Made by a program: the position numbers and the translations under genes
IMG/VR virus record: IMGVR_UViG_2571042445_000002
Reading direction: 5' to 3' (one strand)
DNA: 64,000 nt
From: a virus
Lineage: Duplodnaviria > Heunggongvirae > Uroviricota > Caudoviricetes
Part shown: positions 9,184 through 16,941 of the stretch, piece after piece
How the letters are laid out: each line of letters begins with the position of its first letter
Position numbering within the stretch: position 1 is the stretch's first letter
Notes under the pieces: generated by a model
Told to the model about the DNA's origin: nothing
The model's input: the letters and a program-made list of their open reading frames with translations, nothing else
Database searches by the model: none

Positions 9184-9471
9184 TCATTTTGTATCCTCAG
9201 ACTCTGCAAGCATGAGGATAGCATGGCGGATCATATTCAATTTGCTGCGATTATGCTTTTTGCTTAACGCATCAAGTACCTGGTACTCGTATTCATTGAA
9301 GCCAACACGAATGGATTTAAAATCACGTGGGGCGTCCTTATCGAGCACTTTGTTGTCTTCTGGTTGCTCACCCGGCACCAAATCAGCCTTACTGGCAAAA
9401 TCCTCAATTCGGCGTTCAAGATCGGGGTCTTTTACTTCGGGGGCTTTTACCGATTTACGAGGCTTAATCAC
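9184..9471 (-). CDS. small partition protein, ParG-like (candidate centromere-binding protein)
   Basis: 95-aa ORF overlapping the parA stop by 8 nt; basic N-terminus, C-terminal helical segment; size and position typical of type Ib ParB/ParG. Confidence 0.45.
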   Translation of the reverse strand: MIKPRKSVKAPEVKDPDLERRIEDFASKADLVPGEQPEDNKVLDKDAPRDFKSIRVGFNEYEYQVLDALSKKHNRSKLNMIRHAILMLAESEDTK

Positions 9472-10105
9472 TTAATAACTCCTTAACCAACATCTGGATT
9501 TCACCTTTAGCTTTCCCGTTGTCCATCTCAACAACGCCCTTCCCTTCAGCCATGCAATCGCGGTAAACCTTACGATCACGAATGATGGTTTTCAGCAACT
9601 TCAGTTGCGGATATTCAGCCAGGTACTCTTTGGCCTCATTGGTTTCATTCACAACCGGATTGGATGGGGCCATTGTTAAGACTGCGAACGCCTTAATGCT
9701 AGGATTAGGCATCAGGTCCAAAGCCTCTTCAAACACTTCAACAAAGTGTGCCAGCGTGTCTAAATCTGGTTGAGATGGTCTAAATGGGACCAACACAATA
9801 TCTGCAGCGGTTATGCCTGTACGCATCTCTTTGCTATCGCGCCCGGCTGTATCAACAACTACAAATTCATAACGCTTATCCAGATCGAGAAGTGTTTCTC
9901 GAATATTACCAAACTTCTGGACACAATGAATTACAGGAGAAACCTCTGCCGTGTTACGGTCAGCTGCCCAGCGGGCAGCTGTTCCTTGCTTGTCTGCATC
10001 TAGTAACACTACATCCTTATTTTCGCGGGCAAGCTCCGCACAGATGTTTACGCTTGTGGTTGATTTTCCACAGCCACCTTTTTGGCTGACTACCAATATA
10101 ATCAT
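9464..10105 (-). CDS. parA: ParA-family partition ATPase (small type Ib)
   Basis: Deviant Walker A VVSQKGGCGKSTTS at N-terminus; 213 aa. Confidence 0.8.
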   Translation of the reverse strand: MIILVVSQKGGCGKSTTSVNICAELARENKDVVLLDADKQGTAARWAADRNTAEVSPVIHCVQKFGNIRETLLDLDKRYEFVVVDTAGRDSKEMRTGITAADIVLVPFRPSQPDLDTLAHFVEVFEEALDLMPNPSIKAFAVLTMAPSNPVVNETNEAKEYLAEYPQLKLLKTIIRDRKVYRDCMAEGKGVVEMDNGKAKGEIQMLVKELLSD

Positions 10106-10390
10106 ATCCGTTCCTCGGTGTTATTTTGGTATCAAACTGGTTCCAAACAGAAGCCTTATTGATGCGGTTTTGGCTCTATAGTGGAGTCACTATGCTTTGC
10201 AAAAGTATAACACTAAACACTCTAAATTTACCCTCTGTTGCATCCTGTTTAACACGAAATCAGCCTCAAAGTGGAACCAGACACAAAACAGCACCATAAC
10301 AACACCGTTTTGGTACTAAAAGAACACCAAATTAGAACCATAACAGTATAAAAAAGGCTGCAAATTGCAGCCTTTGAAGATGTAGATTTG
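10106..10390. repeat. repeat-rich region upstream of parA (candidate parS/operator)
   Basis: GGAACCAGA, TGGTTCC, AACACCGTTTTGGTACTAAAAG repeated and inverted relative to 9095-9180. Confidence 0.4.
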
Positions 10391-10756
10391 TTAATCAGGG
10401 AGTGAGTTTGCCAAATTCTGTGCAGAGCGGCTTTTCGAAACGCCAGGTTTTTTAACATCCGCTGAGGCTGAGGGGTTTCCTTCAGGGTTTTCCCGAACTT
10501 CAGGCGAAATTTCAAGAAATGAAACCAGCATTTTTCTGATCACTTCAGGGCTATTATCACCGGATAAAAGCGATGCCAACATGGGAGGTAATCTGCTATC
10601 AACCTCGCCAAGAGCGATACCTGCAAGCATCGCTGTGCGCGCCATATCATTGCGATCTCTTAATGGATGGCCCTCAAGTTTTGCATCAGCATATTGCTCA
10701 CTGGCGTTAAGACCAGGACGAAGATAAAACAATACTTTTCGACGTTCCTGAGACAT
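10391..10756 (-). CDS. parR: ParR/StbB-like partition adaptor
   Basis: 121 aa directly downstream of the ParM-like gene; N-terminal RRKVLFYLRPGLNASEQ resembles R1 ParR ribbon-helix-helix region as recalled. Confidence 0.5.
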   Translation of the reverse strand: MSQERRKVLFYLRPGLNASEQYADAKLEGHPLRDRNDMARTAMLAGIALGEVDSRLPPMLASLLSGDNSPEVIRKMLVSFLEISPEVRENPEGNPSASADVKKPGVSKSRSAQNLANSLPD

Positions 10757-10766
10757 GGCAACCTCA

Positions 10767-11726
10767 TCAACCGATAGATTTTAGACCATAGACAAGAGCA
10801 AGTTGTGGATCATCAGCAACGAAAAACCTATCGTCACGAATGTTTACCTGCTCACGGATAGCATCAGCAACAAGCGGCGCGCCGCCACCAATGACCATAA
10901 CATGCGTGTATCCTTTGAAATCACTGATCACATCCAGTACGCGTGTACGGAGTCGTTCTATGCTTGACGAAATGGCTTTCTTAACATCATCAATAGCAGA
11001 CGGATCGTTAATATTGTCGGTCAAATAATCCTCATCATCACGATTAATGATTAATTGATCGACATTATAATTAGAGGTTTCGGTATTCGCTTTTGCAAGT
11101 GCCTGTCTGACCTCTTTAGTTACCAGCGAAACGCCGAGATTAGAATCGCCAAATACGCGAGAAACGGCGGTCATTTGCCCGGCGACCATCGACACATCCA
11201 GAGTAGTCCCACCAAGATCAACAATAAGCACAGAATGCGCTGGCACAAGGCTGTCGCACAGACCGATCCCTGCGGGTATTGACTCCGGGCGCACAGTCAC
11301 TTTTTTGATAGTAAAAACCTGACCTTTGTTAAGGGTGACTGGGCGCATCAGGCTGGCCTTTTTCCGCTCAATATTTTTCATGTTGTATTGTGCGTCGTCG
11401 TCATAAAACTCTGCCAGTGGCAACGTGACAACTATTTCCACTTCTTGAGGCTCAATGCCACTTGTAAGCAGGGCATGATGAACAGCAAGCACATTAAGCG
11501 GGCTGTATTGCCATTCAACGTTATTCGTCGGCAGCACATCCGGCGAGATCAAGTCATATGAATATTTTTCGTCATCAATGATGTAGTTAAACGGCTTTCC
11601 TGCGCCAAATGTGGCGGACCATCCACGTTTAAAACTGTTCGGACAGATATGGGTTCGAGTTTCCCCGTCCTGTTCCCACAGCATTTTGATATTGGTAGAA
11701 CCATCGTCGATAAAAATGCGCATCAT
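10767..11726 (-). CDS. parM: ParM/StbA actin-like partition ATPase
   Basis: MMRIFIDDGSTNIK... and VIGGGAPLVADAI motifs parallel R1 ParM over full length; start MM at 11726 with GGAG 7 nt upstream. Confidence 0.8.
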   Translation of the reverse strand: MMRIFIDDGSTNIKMLWEQDGETRTHICPNSFKRGWSATFGAGKPFNYIIDDEKYSYDLISPDVLPTNNVEWQYSPLNVLAVHHALLTSGIEPQEVEIVVTLPLAEFYDDDAQYNMKNIERKKASLMRPVTLNKGQVFTIKKVTVRPESIPAGIGLCDSLVPAHSVLIVDLGGTTLDVSMVAGQMTAVSRVFGDSNLGVSLVTKEVRQALAKANTETSNYNVDQLIINRDDEDYLTDNINDPSAIDDVKKAISSSIERLRTRVLDVISDFKGYTHVMVIGGGAPLVADAIREQVNIRDDRFFVADDPQLALVYGLKSIG

Positions 11727-11740
11727 ATTGCTCCACTTCT

Positions 11741-11911
11741 GAGACACATTTGAGAAAGAATTGAATTTTATATGAGAAAACAAAATAAGACCAGAAGTTA
11801 GATAGCGTAGAAAGCATCAAACTAGAGACGTAAGAGAGACACAAAAGAGACTTAGATGATACATGATGTACCCATGATACCCTTTTGAGACAAATCAGAG
11901 ACAAATATGAG
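11741..11911. repeat. parC-like iteron array (GAGACA repeats at ~10-11 bp spacing) upstream of parM
   Basis: GAGACACA at 11741 and 11835, AGAGAC at 11824 and 11846, GAGACAAAT at 11887 and 11898. Confidence 0.5.
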
Positions 11912-11975
11912 AAGTAAGAAATCTGAAGAGTGAAAATCACAAAGTGGAGAAGATTTAAGAAAAAGGAGGTGTTAG

Positions 11976-12260
11976 ATGAGTGCAATAGCGACCAGTGACA
12001 CAGTTTGTTCTGGTCATGGAGGATTCCCTCCGCGACCTGTAGCAGAAACAGTTTCCTGGTTTACCGTAAATGGAAAGCCAGTAGTTGTAGATGGGGGAGC
12101 GTTCCCCAGCCATACAGACGGAAATAGCGCGCACCCCGGATCAGCCGTATCGACGCGCTCATGGTTTGCAATAGGCGGGAAAGGAGTTGTTTGTGTGGGA
12201 GATCCCCTTTCTTGTGGCTCAGTCATCGCCAATGGTGAGGCAATTTTTCAGGTGTCATAA
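11976..12260 (+). CDS. PAAR-like spike-tip protein
   Basis: 94 aa, Gly/Pro/Cys-rich (CSGHGGFP..GGAFPSHTDG..GDPLSCGSV); strong SD AAGGAGG. Confidence 0.5.
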   Translation: MSAIATSDTVCSGHGGFPPRPVAETVSWFTVNGKPVVVDGGAFPSHTDGNSAHPGSAVSTRSWFAIGGKGVVCVGDPLSCGSVIANGEAIFQVS

Positions 12261-13054
12261 TGCTTGATTCAATCGCTGAAGTTAATGCATTCAAAATTCT
12301 AAATGCATCAGGCACAACTACGCCTGCATCTATCACGCTAAGTAAAACAGCGTCATCCAATGCCAGTTCTCTGGAAGAGAATATCCAGGCTCTTATCCTG
12401 AAGGATAAAGCATACCCGGCGTCGGTGGTTTCATGGGTCAATCAGCTTTCTGTCTTTTCAGAACAACTGAAAACTGTCAGTGCAGAAGCAACCAATTTAG
12501 CCGACTCGCTGTCTCCGTATACTTCGCCAACTGAATTACTTCAGATGAAAATTGGCTGGGAATGTTACGTCAAAGGTAATGAGTTATCTCCTGCGCCAGA
12601 ATTTGCTCTCGTAACAGTTATGGGAGATACCCTGCATCCGCAATCGCTTATTGACGCGTTGGCAGCATTTGAACTGGTGCCAATCACTTCAGCCATGACC
12701 GCTATAAATGCAAAAGTTCAGGCGTCAAGCGGGGAGGCTTCAGGCAACGGAAGTTCCACCGGAACAACACAGCAACCAGCACTAACAGAAGAAGAGATCA
12801 AAGCACTAAAAGACGCAGTGGAAGCAGCAACAGAACAAATAAATGCAATAAACAACACGAGCAGTAGTCTCTCAACACTTGTACAGCAAGTTAAGGACTC
12901 TACCGGAAAAGCCAAACAGGGACTGGAGAATGCTGTAGCTATTACGTTAACCGGTTCTCTACTGGGCGATGAAGTAATGAGTCCGGCAATCAGTTTGATC
13001 ATGCCACAAGGTGTGATCGATGCGCTCCAAAGCAACACTAAAAAGGAACCATAA
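12260..13054 (+). CDS. hypothetical protein
   Basis: 264-aa ORF, start overlaps PAAR stop (TAATG). Confidence 0.4.
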   Translation: MLDSIAEVNAFKILNASGTTTPASITLSKTASSNASSLEENIQALILKDKAYPASVVSWVNQLSVFSEQLKTVSAEATNLADSLSPYTSPTELLQMKIGWECYVKGNELSPAPEFALVTVMGDTLHPQSLIDALAAFELVPITSAMTAINAKVQASSGEASGNGSSTGTTQQPALTEEEIKALKDAVEAATEQINAINNTSSSLSTLVQQVKDSTGKAKQGLENAVAITLTGSLLGDEVMSPAISLIMPQGVIDALQSNTKKEP

Positions 13055-13124
13055 CCACACCATTTTAGCCCATAAATGGTTACAAATTGGTACACATATC
13101 ACACCAACAAAAAATCTGAAGAGG

Positions 13125-13583
13125 ATGGTTTTGAAAAAGATAATTTTGATAGTAGTTGCGCTTTTAGCCATTTATGGAATTTACCGTACTACGGCGGCAG
13201 TTATCGATCACATCAGGTATATCCGTTCCCTGGAAGACTCAAAATCACAACTTGAAAGCGAGAACAACACGCTTTCTACCGCATTGCAGTTAAGTGAAAA
13301 ATCGCGATCTGCCATGATGGCTGAAAACGAAAGAATTAAAACACTGGAGAAGGAGTACCAGCGCAAAACAGCAGAACTGAATACCAGCCTGATCAAACAA
13401 CGGGAGGAAAGCCAGAATGAAATTACTCGTCTTGAAACTGCTTTACGCAATGCTGGGGTTAATGATGTGCGTGTGCCTGATGACGTTATCAGGATGCAGC
13501 GGGAACGGGCAAAAGAAATCAATCAGCGTGCCAGTGAAAATTACCGTAGAAGCCACCAGCAAACCGCAGGCAAATCTGATTGA
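13125..13583 (+). CDS. i-spanin (Rz-like), start ATG 13125 or TTG 13131
   Basis: N-terminal signal-anchor KKIILIVVALLAIYGIY followed by long charged coiled-coil periplasmic domain. Confidence 0.5.
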   Translation: MVLKKIILIVVALLAIYGIYRTTAAVIDHIRYIRSLEDSKSQLESENNTLSTALQLSEKSRSAMMAENERIKTLEKEYQRKTAELNTSLIKQREESQNEITRLETALRNAGVNDVRVPDDVIRMQRERAKEINQRASENYRRSHQQTAGKSD

Positions 13584-13749
13584 TTATACCCCTTGCATAG
13601 TGCCAGAGGACACGCCTGTGCTGTTAAACAAGTATCCGGCATACACTGAACAGTTATTCAGCACTATCGATGAATGCAACCAAAGAAACGCACTGAATAA
13701 CCAAAGAAACAGGGAGATTTGGGAAGGGAAGGGGGATCAAGGCTCCTGA
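13417..13749 (+). CDS. o-spanin lipoprotein (Rz1-like), overlapping i-spanin in +1 frame
   Basis: Signal peptide with lipobox LSGC (MKLLVLKLLYAMLGLMMCVCLMTLSGC); Pro-rich mature region; starts inside Rz and extends 166 nt beyond it. Confidence 0.5.
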   Translation: MKLLVLKLLYAMLGLMMCVCLMTLSGCSGNGQKKSISVPVKITVEATSKPQANLIDYTPCIVPEDTPVLLNKYPAYTEQLFSTIDECNQRNALNNQRNREIWEGKGDQGS

Positions 13750-14219
13750 AGCCAGATGTCCTGGCTGTCAGCTTCTTCGAAACCGTGACAGACGTTAAAG
13801 TCACTCAAGCGATACTGGCGCTGACGGCCTCTATTTCGCTCATGCCAATGCATATATCCACCAGCAAATGCCAGCGGACAATCGCTATAGTCGATGTAGC
13901 CAATACCATTACCCAAACGCGCTTCGCGCGCCCCAGCTTTCCAGGACAGCAGAAAAGAGTCACGATCTGCCAGCATGACTACAAAATCATCTGGATCGCC
14001 TATGCAGTGAAGAATGCCTGCCTTGCATAACTGTTTGAGTGCCTTAGACTGACTCAGGATGTCTTCACCGTAATACTGAAAACAATCATCAACAATAGCG
14101 GGATAGCCAGCGGGTGGATTCAGGCTGGTTGGTATAGCTGACGCGATAGCCAGCATTAAACGATATTGTGTTTTCGATGGGTTCGCGTGACTCATGTTTC
14201 CTCTACTCACTGTCTCCAT
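13737..14219 (-). CDS. hypothetical protein
   Basis: 160-aa ORF on minus strand, second gene of a 2-gene leftward operon. Confidence 0.4.
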   Translation of the reverse strand: METVSRGNMSHANPSKTQYRLMLAIASAIPTSLNPPAGYPAIVDDCFQYYGEDILSQSKALKQLCKAGILHCIGDPDDFVVMLADRDSFLLSWKAGAREARLGNGIGYIDYSDCPLAFAGGYMHWHERNRGRQRQYRLSDFNVCHGFEEADSQDIWLQEP

Positions 14220-14599
14220 GCATTTTTCAGCTCCGGAATATCAGCCATTTCCACTAACTTCCGAAGCCCCGCGCTGACCTTCCCATTACCAACCGCAGCA
14301 AGCCAATCCCTTACTGACTTCGGCATATAAAGAGTGGTGGTTACAGGATCTTCCACTCTTACAGGTGTGCCCATTTGAGGCCACTTAACAGATGCCAAAA
14401 CGTCAGAAGGCGGGGTAAGCGCGGGAACATCAAGAATAGCCTTTCCTGAATGCAGAATCACGACTCGTTCAGCCAGGGAAAGAATATCTCTTTCGGTAAG
14501 AATTGATGACAGTTGAGCTTCTACAAGGCATCTGCTGCTTGTATTCAGAGAATGGCTTTTAGCACCATTTTTGTATGAAACGAAGATCTTGTACGCCAT
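14207..14599 (-). CDS. hypothetical protein
   Basis: 130-aa ORF; its upstream region 14600-14758 is AT-rich and carries operator-like motifs. Confidence 0.4.
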   Translation of the reverse strand: MAYKIFVSYKNGAKSHSLNTSSRCLVEAQLSSILTERDILSLAERVVILHSGKAILDVPALTPPSDVLASVKWPQMGTPVRVEDPVTTTLYMPKSVRDWLAAVGNGKVSAGLRKLVEMADIPELKNAWRQ

Positions 14600-14602
14600 T
14601 TG

Positions 14603-14680
14603 TTCTAATGTTATGTGTTAGAAAATTAAGATTAAAACACACCATGACGATTTTGTTAAAGAAAATTATTTTTCTAATGC
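14603..14680. promoter_or_regulatory. divergent control region with three copies of TTCTAAT/TGTTAGAAAATTAA operator-like motif and TTGACT -35-like hexamer
   Basis: GTTCTAAT 14603-14610, TGTGTTAGAAAATTAA 14616-14631, TTTTTCTAATGC 14669-14680, TTGACT 14684-14689. Confidence 0.45.
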
Positions 14681-14758
14681 TATTGACTAAATAACAAAGT
14701 GAGTATTGTCACCTCGTCAAAAGAATCTTCACGCCGCGCCCGAATTTAGGGTTTAACC

Positions 14759-16456
14759 GTGAACAAGAACATTGAGCCAGCTCGTAAGCGCGAGCGCGAG
14801 ATTATGAATCGGGCGGCAAGCGTCATGGCTATGACCGTCGATCCAACCACTGATGCTGCCGGTAACATGATTACCGACAACGAAGTGATGATGGCTAACC
14901 TGGAAAAAGCTATCCAGAAAGAGCCAATGTTTGAAGGCGTTGGACCAGAAGCAGCTCGCCAGATCATTGGTAGCTGGGCCATGTCTATTCATGAATACAA
15001 ACGCCAGCATGGGCATTATCCGGCAAGCGATGTATTAGCCAACGCCCATGTAGCACTTGAGCGCCTGATGATGGAGTCCGCTAAAGAGACGCATGAAGGC
15101 GCTGGCAAAGCCATGTTTGAATCAGTAGCCAAGGACATGCGCACCTCCGATGGTGTAATGAAGGTTGCACAATATGCCGCACTGATCCTGCCTGCTTCTC
15201 TCGGCGCAGCCACCAGCGACGCATGTACGTTTATCCCTTGTGATCGTGATGAAACCAATATTTACGAGCTGACCAACGTTGCTGGTACAAAATTCGGTAC
15301 ATTCGAGCAGGGCGATGAACTGAACATGCAGTCTGCTGGCGTGTATTCGCAGATGAAACGCCTGTACATCCTGACCGAAAAAGGCGATGGCAGCAAAACC
15401 ACCTTCCAGTTTGATATCCAGAACTTCGAAGGCCAGGCCTGCCCGCTGCGCCAGGGCTACAACAAACTGCTGATTAACCGCAAACCGTCCAAAGTAGATG
15501 ATGGTGACGGCAACCTGTATTTCAACGACAAAGACGTCAACGGCAACTCTTTCTCTGCTACAGCAAAAGTTAAATACGATACCGGCGTTATCGATATCAC
15601 CTTTAATGAAGCACCAGCAGAAGGCACAGAAATCGCTGTTCAGGTTGAAATCAACATTGAACGCAATCCGAGCCTGATACCAGTCATTAACCAGTCCATG
15701 CGCAATTACGCCCTGCGCCCGTCGCAGTACGTGATCGCATCCGAACATACGGTTATGACAGCATCTGACCTGAGCCGTGAACACGGACTCGAACTGGCAG
15801 CATTGCAATTCTCCGCAATGCGCAACTGGATTTCCCACGAAATCGATATGATGCGCCTGCGCACTCTGGTATTCCACACAGTTTACGGTCGTGAATTTGA
15901 TGTGGCACTGCCAGAAGCGCAGAACTACGAATCGTGGGTTGGTTTAATTCGCCATGTAGTGAACGCGCTGTCACAGGACATGGCTGACCGCACCCTGACT
16001 ACCGGTATCCGTGGTGGCTTTGCTGGTGGCGATGCTGCTAACTTCCTGCGTTCCTTACCGCCGCAGCACTTCCAGTTGGCACCGGGCTATGTACAGTCGC
16101 CGTACATTCAATACATCGGCACCCTGTTTGGTTCCATTCGTATCTACGAAGTGCCGAAGCCTATCTGCAAACAATTCCAGGAACATGGCTACGACTTTGG
16201 CCTGGACGACATCTACTTCTATGGTCGTGGCGAAGGCATTGGTAAAGCTGGCCTGGTCGCTGGTGATGCTGTGCCTGCTATTCCGTATGTCCACGAAACA
16301 AATCCAGCCCTGGTAAACCGCACCACTCTTTGGGGTACAGCAATCAACGATGTGCATCCGCGCAACGGTGAGAACTATTTCACTCGCCTTCGCCTGACAC
16401 GTTCGAAAGAAGGTGCGATTGACATGTTGAGCGGGCAAATCAACGAAAAAAAGTAG
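14759..16456 (+). CDS. major capsid protein candidate (large, ~62 kDa)
   Basis: 565-aa ORF adjacent to the sheath gene; GTG start at 14759 with AGGG upstream; size matches the P1 major head protein as recalled; assignment by size and position. Confidence 0.45.
   Translation: MNKNIEPARKREREIMNRAASVMAMTVDPTTDAAGNMITDNEVMMANLEKAIQKEPMFEGVGPEAARQIIGSWAMSIHEYKRQHGHYPASDVLANAHVALERLMMESAKETHEGAGKAMFESVAKDMRTSDGVMKVAQYAALILPASLGAATSDACTFIPCDRDETNIYELTNVAGTKFGTFEQGDELNMQSAGVYSQMKRLYILTEKGDGSKTTFQFDIQNFEGQACPLRQGYNKLLINRKPSKVDDGDGNLYFNDKDVNGNSFSATAKVKYDTGVIDITFNEAPAEGTEIAVQVEINIERNPSLIPVINQSMRNYALRPSQYVIASEHTVMTASDLSREHGLELAALQFSAMRNWISHEIDMMRLRTLVFHTVYGREFDVALPEAQNYESWVGLIRHVVNALSQDMADRTLTTGIRGGFAGGDAANFLRSLPPQHFQLAPGYVQSPYIQYIGTLFGSIRIYEVPKPICKQFQEHGYDFGLDDIYFYGRGEGIGKAGLVAGDAVPAIPYVHETNPALVNRTTLWGTAINDVHPRNGENYFTRLRLTRSKEGAIDMLSGQINEKK
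16447..16453 (+). other. candidate -1 frameshift slippery heptamer A AAA AAG at the last two sense codons of the capsid gene
   Basis: A-run 16446-16452 plus G 16453 in X XXY YYZ register relative to capsid frame; -1 frame is open for 33 codons to TAA at 16558-16560. Confidence 0.35.
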
Positions 16457-16597
16457 CAGTGGCGAACGTGTCAGTTTCACCAACGGCAATTGAAGTAAAC
16501 GAAGGTGAAACTATCGCCGCAAGCACTTCAAAGACACGAAAAACACCCAAAAAGAAGTAAGACAAGCCCCTGAATAGGGGGCTATATGGAGGAAAAA

Positions 16598-16876
16598 ATG
16601 GCTGATATTCAGGTAACTATTACCCCACCAAATGCGACAGATAAAACTTTCACTGTCGAATCCGATCATCCGGAAATTGTGAGAGTTGATGGAACCACAT
16701 GCACCGCAGTATCTGCTGGTACTGCGGTACTAACCATCAAAACTACAGATGGAAATAAAACCGCAACGTGCACTGTAACGGTTAATGAAGCCGCAGTAAG
16801 TGTCGACTCTGTCAGCGTTGATCCGTCAACCAAAGAAGTGACGGTAGGTGACAGCTTCACGGTCGGCGAAGCCTGA
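16598..16876 (+). CDS. bacterial Ig-like (Big_2-type) domain protein
   Basis: ITPPNATDKTFTVESDHPEIVRVDGTTCTAVSAGTAVLTIKTTDGNKTATCTVTV is a typical Big_2 pattern; SD GGAGG 5 nt upstream of ATG 16598. Confidence 0.5.
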   Translation: MADIQVTITPPNATDKTFTVESDHPEIVRVDGTTCTAVSAGTAVLTIKTTDGNKTATCTVTVNEAAVSVDSVSVDPSTKEVTVGDSFTVGEA

Positions 16877-16880
16877 TAAA

Positions 16881-16906
16881 AGTCTCCCCATGCAAATGGG
16901 GAGACT
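16881..16906 (+). other. 10-bp perfect hairpin (AGTCTCCCCA-TGCAAA-TGGGGAGACT) between Ig-like gene and sheath gene
   Basis: Perfect stem; no clear U-tract, so terminator function uncertain. Confidence 0.4.
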
Positions 16907-16941
16907 TCTCTCATCCGCTCGATAAAGAGGAAAAGAGCAGC

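Noticed and set aside
15122-15877. 251-aa minus-strand ORF inside the capsid gene
   Set aside because: Antisense to a long, well-supported + strand ORF; Cys/His-rich chance translation.
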